NCBI GenBank assembly: GCA_035513815.1
Contig: DATKBU010000104.1
Coordinates: forward strand, 1-52,610
Source of the DNA: Egibacteraceae bacterium
GTDB lineage: Bacteria > Actinomycetota > Nitriliruptoria > Euzebyales > Egibacteraceae
Direction: 5' to 3'
DNA: 52,610 nt
Below the pieces are notes generated by a model. That model saw nothing but the letters and a program-made list of their open reading frames with translations, did no database searches and had not been told where the DNA came from. Within the stretch, counting starts at the first letter, position 1. Every line of letters begins with the position of its first letter. Made by a program: the position numbers and the translations under genes. Positions 1 through 7,657 of the stretch are shown one piece after another.

Positions 1-84
1 CCATGAGCTCCTCGGAGTCGAGCGCGCGACGGACGGCGCCGGGCGGCCCGCGATCCGCTTGCTGATCAGGAAGGGCGCGTAGAG

Positions 85-396
85 ATGCGCCTCACTGTGC
101 TCACCTCGCACCCCGCGACCTCGACGGTGGCGCTGGCCGCTTCCTGGGCGAGCGCTGGGGACTCGGTGACCTTGGTGCTTCTGGACGCGGCGGCGGCACT
201 GGCCCGGGCCGGCCATCCGGCCGCGCGCGCCCTCGCCGACGCCGAGCGGGTTGGTGTGGTCGTCGTCGCCCACGACGACGCGCTTCGGCGGCGAGGGCTG
301 ATCGGCAGTTCTGTATCCGATGGGGTCAAGGCCGTCGACCTCGATGAGGTCGCTGACCTCGTCGTCGACGGGGCCGACAAGGCGGTGTGGCTGTAG
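85..396 (+). CDS. DsrH/TusB-like small protein (cysteine-free)
   Basis: 103-aa ORF with an AGGAAGG Shine-Dalgarno at 68-74. The pattern MRLTVL...GDSVTLVLLDAA...VVVAHDDALRRRGL...VDLDEVADLV...AVWL resembles DsrH/TusB. It is the first of three small DsrEFH-sized ORFs and contains no Cys. Confidence 0.55.
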   Translation: MRLTVLTSHPATSTVALAASWASAGDSVTLVLLDAAAALARAGHPAARALADAERVGVVVVAHDDALRRRGLIGSSVSDGVKAVDLDEVADLVVDGADKAVWL

Positions 397-749
397 TGGC
401 GGGGCCTGTCACGTTCGTGCTGAACAGCGGGCCTGCGGCCGAGTCGACCGCGACCGCGATCAAGCTCGCCGAGAGGATTCTGGCGCGCGGCCATCGCGTC
501 GCCGTGTTCGCCCATGACGAGGCGGCGACCCTGACCGCGGGCAAGGGCGAGACGGCCCAGGCCATCGCCGCGCTGATCCGACGGGGAGTGCACGGCGCCA
601 CGCTGGATTGGGTGGTGGACAGCGCGGCCGCCGACCGTCTCGGCGTGGCCGACAGCCAGATCGCTGGCGTGGTGCCCGGGGATCATGCCGATCTATGGGC
701 GTTTGTTCGCGGGTCCGCCATCGTGCTGAGCCCAGGGACGGCGGCCTAG
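387..749 (+). CDS. DsrE/TusD-like small protein (cysteine-free)
   Basis: 120-aa ORF with a GTG start overlapping the upstream stop; an alternative GTG lies at 396. VTFVLNSGP...LAERILARGHRVAVFAHDEA... is DsrE-fold-like. The position of the DsrE active Cys reads VVDSAAADRLG. Confidence 0.55.
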   Translation: MAVVAGPVTFVLNSGPAAESTATAIKLAERILARGHRVAVFAHDEAATLTAGKGETAQAIAALIRRGVHGATLDWVVDSAAADRLGVADSQIAGVVPGDHADLWAFVRGSAIVLSPGTAA

Positions 750-1127
750 ATGGCCAGGCGCGTCGTCAGCTATGTCCGCAGGGGCCCGGTAGCCCTGCGC
801 GCAAGCCATCCGGCGCTGGAGGCCAACGCCTACGCCGTCGCCGAGGACGTTGATCTGACGCTGGTTCTCGCCGGTCGCGCAGTCGAGTTGGCGCTGGCGG
901 GCGGCGAGGTGCGTCCCGGCGAGGTCGCCGGCGTGTCCCTCCCCCCGGCAGCGAGCGCCCAGGATCTGCGCGGGCTCATCGAGAGCGGAGTGTCCGTGCT
1001 GATCGCGGGCGAGGATCTGGCGGCGCTGGGCCTGGGCAGCGGCGACCTGGTCGATGGCGTCCAGGCAGCCGATTCCGGATCCATCGCCGAGGCGATCCGC
1101 CAGGCCGACGCGGTGGTGGGCTGGTGA
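750..1127 (+). CDS. DsrF/TusC-like small protein (cysteine-free)
   Basis: 125-aa ORF with a TAGATG junction to the upstream ORF. DLTLVLAGRAVELAL...GVSVLIAGEDLAALGL...ADAVVGW is DsrF/TusC-like. No Cys. Confidence 0.5.
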   Translation: MARRVVSYVRRGPVALRASHPALEANAYAVAEDVDLTLVLAGRAVELALAGGEVRPGEVAGVSLPPAASAQDLRGLIESGVSVLIAGEDLAALGLGSGDLVDGVQAADSGSIAEAIRQADAVVGW

Positions 1128-1867
1128 GCGGGACGTCCGCCTCGCTGATTGACCTCGCCGACACCGGCTCAAGGCTCGAGGGCGCACCGGCTGAGGACAT
1201 CCTGCAGTGGGCGATCTCGAGTGTGCCGCGCTTCGCGGTCAGCTCCAGCTTCGGCGCCGACAGCGCGGTCCTGCTGCATCTGCTCGCCCAGATCGATCCG
1301 AGCGTGCCGGTGCTGTTCATCGACACGGGGTTCCACTTCCCGGAGACGATCGCGTATCGCCACCAGATCGCGGAGCTTCTCGGGCTCATTGACGTGCGCG
1401 ATCTGCGACCGGATCTATCCGTCGCGGCTCAGGGGCGGCTGCACGGCGGAGGGCTGTATGTGCGCGATCCCGACCTGTGCTGCGCCATCCGCAAGGTCGC
1501 TCCGCTGGACGCTGCCCTCGCCGACTTCGATGGGTGGGCAAGCGGGCTGCGGCGCGAGCAGACGATCGATCGGGCCGATACGCCTGTGATCCAACTGGTC
1601 CGCCGCGGCGAGCGCGAGTTGGTGAAGGCGGCCCCGCTGGCCCGCTGGACCGGGGAGGATCTCACCGACTATCTCCGTCGCCACGATCTGCCGCGGCATC
1701 CGCTGGCGGACGCGGGCTATCCCTCCATCGGCTGCGCGCCCTGCACCCGACCGGTGGCGACGGGCGACGATCCGCGCGCGGGCCGCTGGGCGGGGCAGTC
1801 CAAGACCGAATGCGGAATCCATCTAGAGCTTCCGCTCATCCCGGCGCCGGGGGGCGAGGCATCGTGA
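1124..1867 (+). CDS. cysH: Adenosine 5'-phosphosulfate / PAPS reductase, Fe-S type (assimilatory)
   Basis: 247 aa, with a GTGA overlap with the upstream ORF. PAPS_reduct pattern SSSFGADSAVLLHL...LFIDTGFHFPET; the CC...CxxC cluster (DLCCAIRKV, GCAPCT) is typical of APS reductases; catalytic KTECGIH near the C-terminus. Confidence 0.9.
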   Translation: MSGTSASLIDLADTGSRLEGAPAEDILQWAISSVPRFAVSSSFGADSAVLLHLLAQIDPSVPVLFIDTGFHFPETIAYRHQIAELLGLIDVRDLRPDLSVAAQGRLHGGGLYVRDPDLCCAIRKVAPLDAALADFDGWASGLRREQTIDRADTPVIQLVRRGERELVKAAPLARWTGEDLTDYLRRHDLPRHPLADAGYPSIGCAPCTRPVATGDDPRAGRWAGQSKTECGIHLELPLIPAPGGEAS

Positions 1868-2292
1868 TGGAGATCGATGTCCGAGGCCCGCGCTTCTCGG
1901 CCGCTCTCACCTTTGTGGTGCTGTCCGTCGCGTATCTGACCGAGAGCTTGTGGATCCTGGCGTTCCAGGTCGCGGTCTTCGCCGTCGCCGCCCTCGCCGG
2001 GCTGCGCTGGTCGCCGTACGGGAACCTGTTCCGGCTGCTCAAGCGCCGGCTCGACTGGGGACCGCCGCCCGCGACCGAGCCGTCCGCCGGCCCGAGGTTC
2101 TCCCAGCTGATGGGCCTGCTGTTCTCCGGCGGCGGCCTCGTGGCGATCCTGGCCGATCAGCCGACGCTCGGGTGGGCGCTCGTGCTGATTGTCGTCGGCC
2201 TATCGGGCCTGCTGGCCGCGACCGGGCTCTGCGTCGGATGCCATGTGCACGCGCTCGGCAGCCGCTTGCTCGCTCGGGAGGCGAGGTCGTGA
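1867..2292 (+). CDS. DUF4395-family membrane protein
   Basis: The internal ATG at 1867 overlaps the cysH stop (TGATG). RGPRFSAALTFVVL...four hydrophobic helices...GLCVGCHV at the C-terminus, as in DUF4395 proteins found next to sulfur genes. The longer track ORF starting at 1477 runs through cysH and was rejected. Confidence 0.65.
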   Translation: MEIDVRGPRFSAALTFVVLSVAYLTESLWILAFQVAVFAVAALAGLRWSPYGNLFRLLKRRLDWGPPPATEPSAGPRFSQLMGLLFSGGGLVAILADQPTLGWALVLIVVGLSGLLAATGLCVGCHVHALGSRLLAREARS

Positions 2293-2714
2293 ACGATCCC
2301 CTCGCGCTGCTCGCGGTCATCGCAGTGACGGCGCTGGCCGCGGCGTGGTGGCGCGCGCTCGACGGCAAGGCTCATGTCAGAGCTGATGAGATCGGACTTG
2401 AGCCCTTGCGCGCGGCGGGGGCCCCGACCGGCGCATGGCTCCTGCTTGAGCTGACCGCTCCGCACTGCGCCGCGTGCCTGCGCGCGCGCCGTGTCCTCGA
2501 CGAGGTGGTCCAGCGCAGCCCTGACGTCGCCGTTCACGCTGTGGACATCGCCGACGCCGGCGACATCGCCCACTCTCAGCGGGTGCTGCGCGCCCCGACG
2601 GTGCTGCTGGTGGATCCCGGAGGAGTCGTCCGCGCACGCGTCGCGGGCGTGCCCTCCGCTTCGGATCTGACCCGGATGCTCGAGCAGCGGGGCTCGCTGC
2701 CGATGGCCAGCTAG
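2289..2714 (+). CDS. Membrane-anchored thioredoxin-fold protein (CAAC motif)
   Basis: GTG start at 2289 with a GTGA overlap. N-terminal TM helix LALLAVIAVTALAAAWW, then the thioredoxin-like LLLELTAPHCAACLRARRVLDEV...RAPTVLLVD. Confidence 0.65.
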   Translation: MNDPLALLAVIAVTALAAAWWRALDGKAHVRADEIGLEPLRAAGAPTGAWLLLELTAPHCAACLRARRVLDEVVQRSPDVAVHAVDIADAGDIAHSQRVLRAPTVLLVDPGGVVRARVAGVPSASDLTRMLEQRGSLPMAS

Positions 2715-2777
2715 CTAGCTGGCGAGCTCACGCCGTGTGAGCGGGGGCGCGCGAGGGCGCGCAGGACGCCAGCGGCG

Positions 2778-3140
2778 TCAGTAGACCAGCGGGCGCGCTC
2801 CCTCGCCGGTCGCCAGCTCGACGAACCGAGCCGACCCGGCCAGCTGGGTTCCGGCGCGGAAGTCCTCTGCGGCCAGCCCGCGGCGCGTCGCGCACGGGGA
2901 GCACACGACCACCGAGCCGGCTGCGTAGACCGCGTCGAGCAGATCGGCGATCGGGGGCGCCTCCGCCACCTCGATCTGCTCGGGGATGCCGGGTCGAGCC
3001 AGGTGCACCCCTTCGACCGCCAGGAACAGGTGGACCTCCACGCCGCTTGCCAGCGCAACCGAGGCGACATTGCAGCCGATATGGGCGCGCTCGGGATCGT
3101 CCAAGCTGTGGGTGATCTTGATCACCAGGCTCGAGGGCAT
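2778..3140 (-). CDS. DsrE/DsrF-like family protein (with VVCSPC motif)
   Basis: 120 aa. VIKITHSLDDPERAHIGCNVASVAL...VHLFLAVEGVHLA...SVVVCSPCATRRGL is typical of stand-alone DsrE-family proteins. Confidence 0.65.
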   Translation of the reverse strand: MPSSLVIKITHSLDDPERAHIGCNVASVALASGVEVHLFLAVEGVHLARPGIPEQIEVAEAPPIADLLDAVYAAGSVVVCSPCATRRGLAAEDFRAGTQLAGSARFVELATGEGARPLVY

Positions 3141-3182
3141 TGGCGGTCTCCTGGGATGGCGAGGCTGCTACCCTAACCAGCC

Positions 3183-3281
3183 ATGGACGGCGCTCCGCTC
3201 TTCTTCTTGATTCTGCTGATCGTCATGACCGCTGCCGCGGGCCTGTTCGGCCTGTACGCGCTGTACCGCCTCAAGGGCTGA
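3183..3281 (+). CDS. Possible 32-aa single-TM micro-protein
   Basis: ATG...TGA ORF not in the track: MDGAPLFFLILLIVMTAAAGLFGLYALYRLKG. Codon third positions are GC-rich like real genes, and it has a hydrophobic helix with a basic tail. No clear SD. The 3' end overlaps the pgl stop convergently. Confidence 0.3.
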   Translation: MDGAPLFFLILLIVMTAAAGLFGLYALYRLKG

Positions 3282-3972
3282 CCAGCTGCGCCGCCGACGC
3301 ATCGGCGATCACGACGGCCCGGTCGCGGCGGATCCGCGCCGCGGGGATATCCCCGCCGTTCAGGAGCATCCGCAGCGCCTCGGCCTTCCCCGCGCCTGCC
3401 ACCTGCCACACGATCGCGGCCGACCGATTGAGGGCCGGAAGCGTCAGCGTCATGCGCCGCCGGCCCTGATACGGACCGGTGACCGCGACATCGGCGCCCT
3501 CGACGGCCAGAACCGGGTCACCCGGCACAAGCGAGGCGGTGTGGCCGTCCTCGCCCAGACCGAGGTGCGCGACATCCAGCGCGACCGCATCGCCGCCGCT
3601 CAGGCTGGCCACCAGCGCCGCGTAGGCGCCGCAAGCCGCGTGCAAGTCCTGGCTGGTCACCGGCATGAGGTGGACGTTGGAGGCCGGGACGCCCGCGAGG
3701 TCGGCAAGCATGCGCAGCAGCCCGGCGTTGCGGTCGGGGTGCTCGCTGGGCGCGATGCGCTCATCGACCTGGACAAGGTGCGTCTGCGGCCACGGCAGAT
3801 CGCGGTCAGCAAGCGAGCGCATCATCGGCTCGGGCGTGCTGCCGCCGCTGAAGCCTGCGACGCAGCGACCTCGACGGCTCACCGCGCCGGTGATGAGCTC
3901 GGCGATGTGCTCCGCGGTCCGCTCTGCCAGGTCCTTGTCGTCGACGACGCGGATGCGCAGGAGCGATCTCAT
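3271..3972 (-). CDS. pgl: 6-phosphogluconolactonase
   Basis: The ATG at 3972 overlaps the zwf stop (ATGA). Motifs GFSGGSTP, LGLGEDGHTASL. Confidence 0.85.
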   Translation of the reverse strand: MRSLLRIRVVDDKDLAERTAEHIAELITGAVSRRGRCVAGFSGGSTPEPMMRSLADRDLPWPQTHLVQVDERIAPSEHPDRNAGLLRMLADLAGVPASNVHLMPVTSQDLHAACGAYAALVASLSGGDAVALDVAHLGLGEDGHTASLVPGDPVLAVEGADVAVTGPYQGRRRMTLTLPALNRSAAIVWQVAGAGKAEALRMLLNGGDIPAARIRRDRAVVIADASAAQLVSP

Positions 3973-5423
3973 GAGGCTGGGCGCCCGTCGCGCTCCGGCA
4001 GGTACCACCGGCGGGGCGCGATGAGGTCCGCTGCGCGTTCAGGCCCCCACGACCCCTGCTCGTAGGCGCCCAGCGGTGGCGGCCGGTCGATGAGGTCCTG
4101 GACCAGCTCCCATGTCCGCTCGATGCCGTCGGCGCGCGTGAACAGGGTCCGGTCGCCGATGAGCGCGTCGTGCAGGAGCCGCTCGTAGGCGTCGACCAGC
4201 TTGCCGTTCGCCGCCTCCGAGTAGGAGTAGCGCATCTGCGCCGGCTCCACGTCCATGCCGGGGCCCGGCCGCTTTGCCAGGAACGACACTGCGAGCTCGC
4301 CGCGGCCAAGGTCGAGCGTCAAATAGTCGTTCGGCTGGCGGTCCGCGATGAGCTCCCCGCCGAACATCCGTCTCGGCGGCTCGCGGAAGGCGAGGGTCAC
4401 GGTCTGGCGGCTGGCGGCGAGACGCTTGCCGGTGCGCAGATAGAACGGGACGCCCGCCCAGCGCCAGTTGTCGACCTCGACTCGCGCGGCGAGGAACGTC
4501 TCGGTGTCGGAGCCTTCCGACACGCCTTCGGCGGATGCGTAGCCCTCGTACTGGCCGCGTACCACGTGCTCGCCCCGCAGCGGCGCCATCGCTTCGAAGA
4601 CCTTGACCTTCTCGTCGGTCAGCGGCTTGGGCTCCAGCGACGCCGGGGGCTCCAGCGCGATGACGCTGAGCACCTGGAACAGGTGCGTGACCACCATGTC
4701 GCGCAGCGCGCCGGTCTGCTCGTAGAAGCCTGCGCGGCTGCCGACCCCGAGTTGCTCTGGCACGTCGATCTGCACGTGGTCGATGTGCGCCCGATTCCAT
4801 ACGGGCTCGAACATGCCGTTGGCGAAGCGCAGCGCCAGCACGTTCTGCAGTGTCTCCTTCCCCAGGAAGTGATCGATGGTGTAGATCTGCGGCGCCGCGA
4901 GCACCGAGCGCACCACCTCGTCGAGCTCGCAGAACGATGGGCGGTCCATGCCGAACGGCTTCTCGTAGACGACGCGCGACCGCTCGACGAGATCCGCTTC
5001 GCCGAGCGCCAGCGTCAGCCGCCCGAAGACGGCCGGCGGCACCGCCAGGTAGAACAGCCGCCGCACGCTTCCGGCGCCCTCATCGGCGAGTTCAGCCTCG
5101 GCGCGCTTGACCGCATCGGTCAACGGCTGCGCGTCGCCGGGCGCGACGTCATGACTCAGGTAGGACAGGCGCTCGGCGAAGGCCTGCCAATCGCTGTCGG
5201 CGGGGCGCCGGTCGAACTCCTCCACCGCCTCCCTGGCGAAGTCGCGGAACTCCTCGTCGCTGGTCTCGGTCCTGGCCACGCCCACGATCCGAAACCGCTT
5301 CGGCAGCAGTCCCTCATGGTGCAGGTGGAACAGCGCCGGGAGCAGCTTGCGGCGGGCGAGATCTCCGCGGCCGCCGAAGATGACGATGACATGGTCCTCG
5401 GCCGAGCGGGAGCGAGCCGGCAT
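3969..5423 (-). CDS. zwf: Glucose-6-phosphate 1-dehydrogenase
   Basis: The start MPARSRS... at 5423 overlaps the gnd stop (TGATG). Motifs FGGRGDLARRKL, IDHFLGKE, RVDNWRWAGVPFYLRTGKR. The 5' extension of the track ORF to 5714 overlaps gnd and was rejected. Confidence 0.93.
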   Translation of the reverse strand: MPARSRSAEDHVIVIFGGRGDLARRKLLPALFHLHHEGLLPKRFRIVGVARTETSDEEFRDFAREAVEEFDRRPADSDWQAFAERLSYLSHDVAPGDAQPLTDAVKRAEAELADEGAGSVRRLFYLAVPPAVFGRLTLALGEADLVERSRVVYEKPFGMDRPSFCELDEVVRSVLAAPQIYTIDHFLGKETLQNVLALRFANGMFEPVWNRAHIDHVQIDVPEQLGVGSRAGFYEQTGALRDMVVTHLFQVLSVIALEPPASLEPKPLTDEKVKVFEAMAPLRGEHVVRGQYEGYASAEGVSEGSDTETFLAARVEVDNWRWAGVPFYLRTGKRLAASRQTVTLAFREPPRRMFGGELIADRQPNDYLTLDLGRGELAVSFLAKRPGPGMDVEPAQMRYSYSEAANGKLVDAYERLLHDALIGDRTLFTRADGIERTWELVQDLIDRPPPLGAYEQGSWGPERAADLIAPRRWYLPERDGRPAS

Positions 5424-6334
5424 CACTCGTCGCCAACGTCGCTCGAGCGCACGGCGTGCCCGCCGAACTGCTGGCGCAAGGCCGCGAGAAGCCGGTTGGA
5501 CAGCATGTCGGGCTGGCGGGACGCGAAGCGCGAGAACAGCGACAGGGCGATCGTCGGCGCTGGGACGCCGAGGTCGATGGCGCTCTCCACCGTCCAGCGA
5601 CCCTCGCCGGAGTCCTCGACGTAGCCGGACACGGCGTCCAGCCGAGGATCCTCGGCCAGCGCGCGGCCGGCAAGATCGAGCAGCCACGAGCGGACGACGC
5701 TGCCGTGGCGCCACAGCTCCGCGATCTGAGGAAGGTCAAGATCGAACCCGCTAGCGTCCAGCAGCTGAAAGCCCTCGCCGTAGGCCTGCATCATGGCGTA
5801 CTCGATGCCGTTGTGAACCATCTTGACGAAGTGGCCCGCGCCGGTCGCTCCCACGTGCGCGTAGCCGTCCGGCGGCGCCAGCGAGGCCAGGATCGGCTCT
5901 ATCCGCGCGAAGACCTCCCGATCGGCGCCGACCATCAGGCAGTAGCCCTCCTCCAGACCCCAGATCCCACCTGATGTCCCGGCGTCGACGAGGTTGATGC
6001 CGGACTCGGCGAGTTCGCCGGCGCGGGTCATCGTGTCGGTGAACCGGGAGTTGCCCCCGTCGATGATCGTGTCGCCCGGGCTCATCAGGTCCGCGAGCGA
6101 GGCGATCGTCTCCGCGGTGATCCCGCCCGCAGGCACCATCACCCACACGACGCGAGGCGCCTCAAGTGCAGCCACGACCGCCGCGAGCGAGTCGGCAGGC
6201 TCGGCGCCGAGCTCCACCGCGCGCTGCAGCGCCCCGCGGTCGATGTCGCTTGCAACGACCTCATGCCCTGTATTCAGGAGTCGCTGCGCCATGTTCGCGC
6301 CCATCCTGCCAAGCCCGACCAGACCGATGCGCAT
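5423..6334 (-). CDS. gnd: 6-phosphogluconate dehydrogenase, decarboxylating (short ~300-aa form)
   Basis: The start MRIGLVGLGRMGANMAQRL (Rossmann GxGxxG) at 6334 follows an AGGAG SD. Motifs GGNS, GTSGG, HFVKMVHNGIEYAMMQAY. Confidence 0.88.
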   Translation of the reverse strand: MRIGLVGLGRMGANMAQRLLNTGHEVVASDIDRGALQRAVELGAEPADSLAAVVAALEAPRVVWVMVPAGGITAETIASLADLMSPGDTIIDGGNSRFTDTMTRAGELAESGINLVDAGTSGGIWGLEEGYCLMVGADREVFARIEPILASLAPPDGYAHVGATGAGHFVKMVHNGIEYAMMQAYGEGFQLLDASGFDLDLPQIAELWRHGSVVRSWLLDLAGRALAEDPRLDAVSGYVEDSGEGRWTVESAIDLGVPAPTIALSLFSRFASRQPDMLSNRLLAALRQQFGGHAVRSSDVGDE

Positions 6335-6382
6335 CGCCGCTCCTGTTCTCTCCCGGAGCGGCTGTTCTACCTCACAAATGAG

Positions 6383-6414
6383 GACCGCCCGGACCACGAA
6401 TGGTCCGGGCGGTC
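6383..6414 (-). terminator. Perfect 14-bp GC-rich hairpin (GACCGCCCGGACCA / TGGTCCGGGCGGTC, 4-nt loop)
   Basis: Read directly from the sequence. On the minus strand it is followed by CCUCAUUUGUG, a weak U-tract. It lies about 50 nt upstream of the gnd start, so it could terminate an upstream minus-strand transcript or act as an attenuator. Confidence 0.4.
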
Positions 6415-6660
6415 GGCATCCTTCACCCGTCGTCTGGTCTCGTCCCCGGTCTGGCCCGCGAAAAGCGGGGCGCCGGGTGGGCGGGCGTGACCACCTCCCG
6501 CAGACGGTCCGAGCGGGCGATGAGGATGGTTTCGCTTCTGGCTCCGTGACTCCGGTCCGGATGCCACCTGTTGACCGGTGGGCCTTAGCGCCTCATCACC
6601 TCGACGGTCACGCAAGATCTATCAGAACTCATGCTCGGACCACCTCCTCTCTGTCGTTGC
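6415..6660 (-). ncRNA. Candidate structured RNA / 5' leader of the gnd-zwf-pgl operon (family unknown)
   Basis: It lies within a 387-bp non-coding gap in an otherwise tightly packed region. Nested helices: 6633-6641 pairs with 6506-6514 (9 bp), and 6591-6600 pairs with 6516-6525 (10 bp, with one G-U that only works on the minus-strand transcript). There is an internal hairpin and a duplicated GGAGGUGGUC element. See findings. Confidence 0.3.
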
Positions 6661-6721
6661 GCCAGCATGACACCGAGTCGCTCCTGCGGCAATGAATTGC
6701 CGCGGCCGGGATACTGGTGGC

Positions 6722-7657
6722 ATGACGCGTCTGATCACTCGGCTGGCCGTGCTCACGCGACCGGTCGGATTGGTGCGGGTGAGCGGCCCTGATCGCTTGA
6801 GCTACCTGCACACGCTGCTCAGCCAGCAGGTGGAAGGGCTGACGCCTGGCGCTGCAGCCGACTTCCTGTACCTGGACGCCAAGGGCAACCCGCTCGCCGC
6901 CGGGCGCCTGCTCGTCGGCCAGGAGGATGTTCTCTTGGCGGCGCCGTCTCCTGCGACGGCCGCGGATCTCGCCGCCGCGTTGGAGAAGTTCAAGTTCCTC
7001 CTCCAGGTGGACGCGTCCGACGTGAGCGACGAGCTGACCTTCGCGAGCATCCGCGGCCCAGGCGAGATCGACGTGCCCGGCGCGCCGCCCGCGGCGATGA
7101 CGTTCGCTGCCGACGGCTCCGGCCTTCTGGTGCGAGACCGCGGAGGGGGAGTCGATCTGATCGGCAGCGGCGAATGGGTCGCCGGCCGACTCGCCGAGCT
7201 CGCACTCCCCGAGGCGTCGCGCGAGGAATGGGAGGCCTGGAGGATCCTCGCCGGCGAGCCCGCCTGGGGCGCCGAGATCGCCCCGGGGCGGCGGGCGCAG
7301 GAGCTGGGGCTGCTGCCGACCCATGTGCACCTCCGCAAAGGCTGCTATCCGGGCCAGGAGTTGATCGCGAAGATCTACAACCTCGGGCGGCCGCGTCGTG
7401 CGCTCGCTGTCGTGGAGCTGGACGGCCCGGTCGCCCCCGGCGATCAGATCGAGGTCGGCGGCAAGGCGGGGGAGGTCACCAGCGCGGCTGCGACGGCCGA
7501 GCGCTGGGTCGCTCTCGCGCTGCTGCCGGTCGGTCCGGATGGCGAGGTGGGCGACAGCGCGGTGCGCGCGAACGGGCGGACCGGCCGCATCCTGCACCGT
7601 GTCGGCGAGGGATTTCCTCAGCCCGGTGCGCCGGCCCGGCGCTCACCGGACGGCTGA
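6722..7657 (+). CDS. ygfZ: Folate-binding YgfZ/GcvT-like protein (Fe-S cluster/tRNA modification associated)
   Basis: Start MTRLITRL at 6722. VRVSGPDRLSYLHTL, and the signature KGCYPGQE near the C-terminal third. Confidence 0.82.
   Translation: MTRLITRLAVLTRPVGLVRVSGPDRLSYLHTLLSQQVEGLTPGAAADFLYLDAKGNPLAAGRLLVGQEDVLLAAPSPATAADLAAALEKFKFLLQVDASDVSDELTFASIRGPGEIDVPGAPPAAMTFAADGSGLLVRDRGGGVDLIGSGEWVAGRLAELALPEASREEWEAWRILAGEPAWGAEIAPGRRAQELGLLPTHVHLRKGCYPGQELIAKIYNLGRPRRALAVVELDGPVAPGDQIEVGGKAGEVTSAAATAERWVALALLPVGPDGEVGDSAVRANGRTGRILHRVGEGFPQPGAPARRSPDG

Noticed and set aside
2-82. A possible 3' end of an upstream gene entering the window (frame 2: ...HELLGVERATDGAGRPAIRLLIRKGA, TAG at 80-82).
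   Set aside because: Only 26 codons are visible and no motif can be recognised. It cannot be distinguished from non-coding sequence, so it is not reported as a feature.
1477-2292. 5'-extended versions of several track ORFs: 1477 (DUF4395), 1950 (thioredoxin), 3969-5714 (zwf), 5423-6397 (gnd), 17385 (pncA), 23743 (mauD-like), 24590 (mauA-like), 29112-30143, 31048 (rex), 31506 (sirC-like), 37591 (GGDEF-EAL), 41687 (hemL), 49179 (tlpA).
   Set aside because: The extensions overlap the upstream gene heavily and are Arg/Pro-rich junk. Internal starts coincide with family N-termini, SD sequences or ATGA/GTGA-type coupling junctions.
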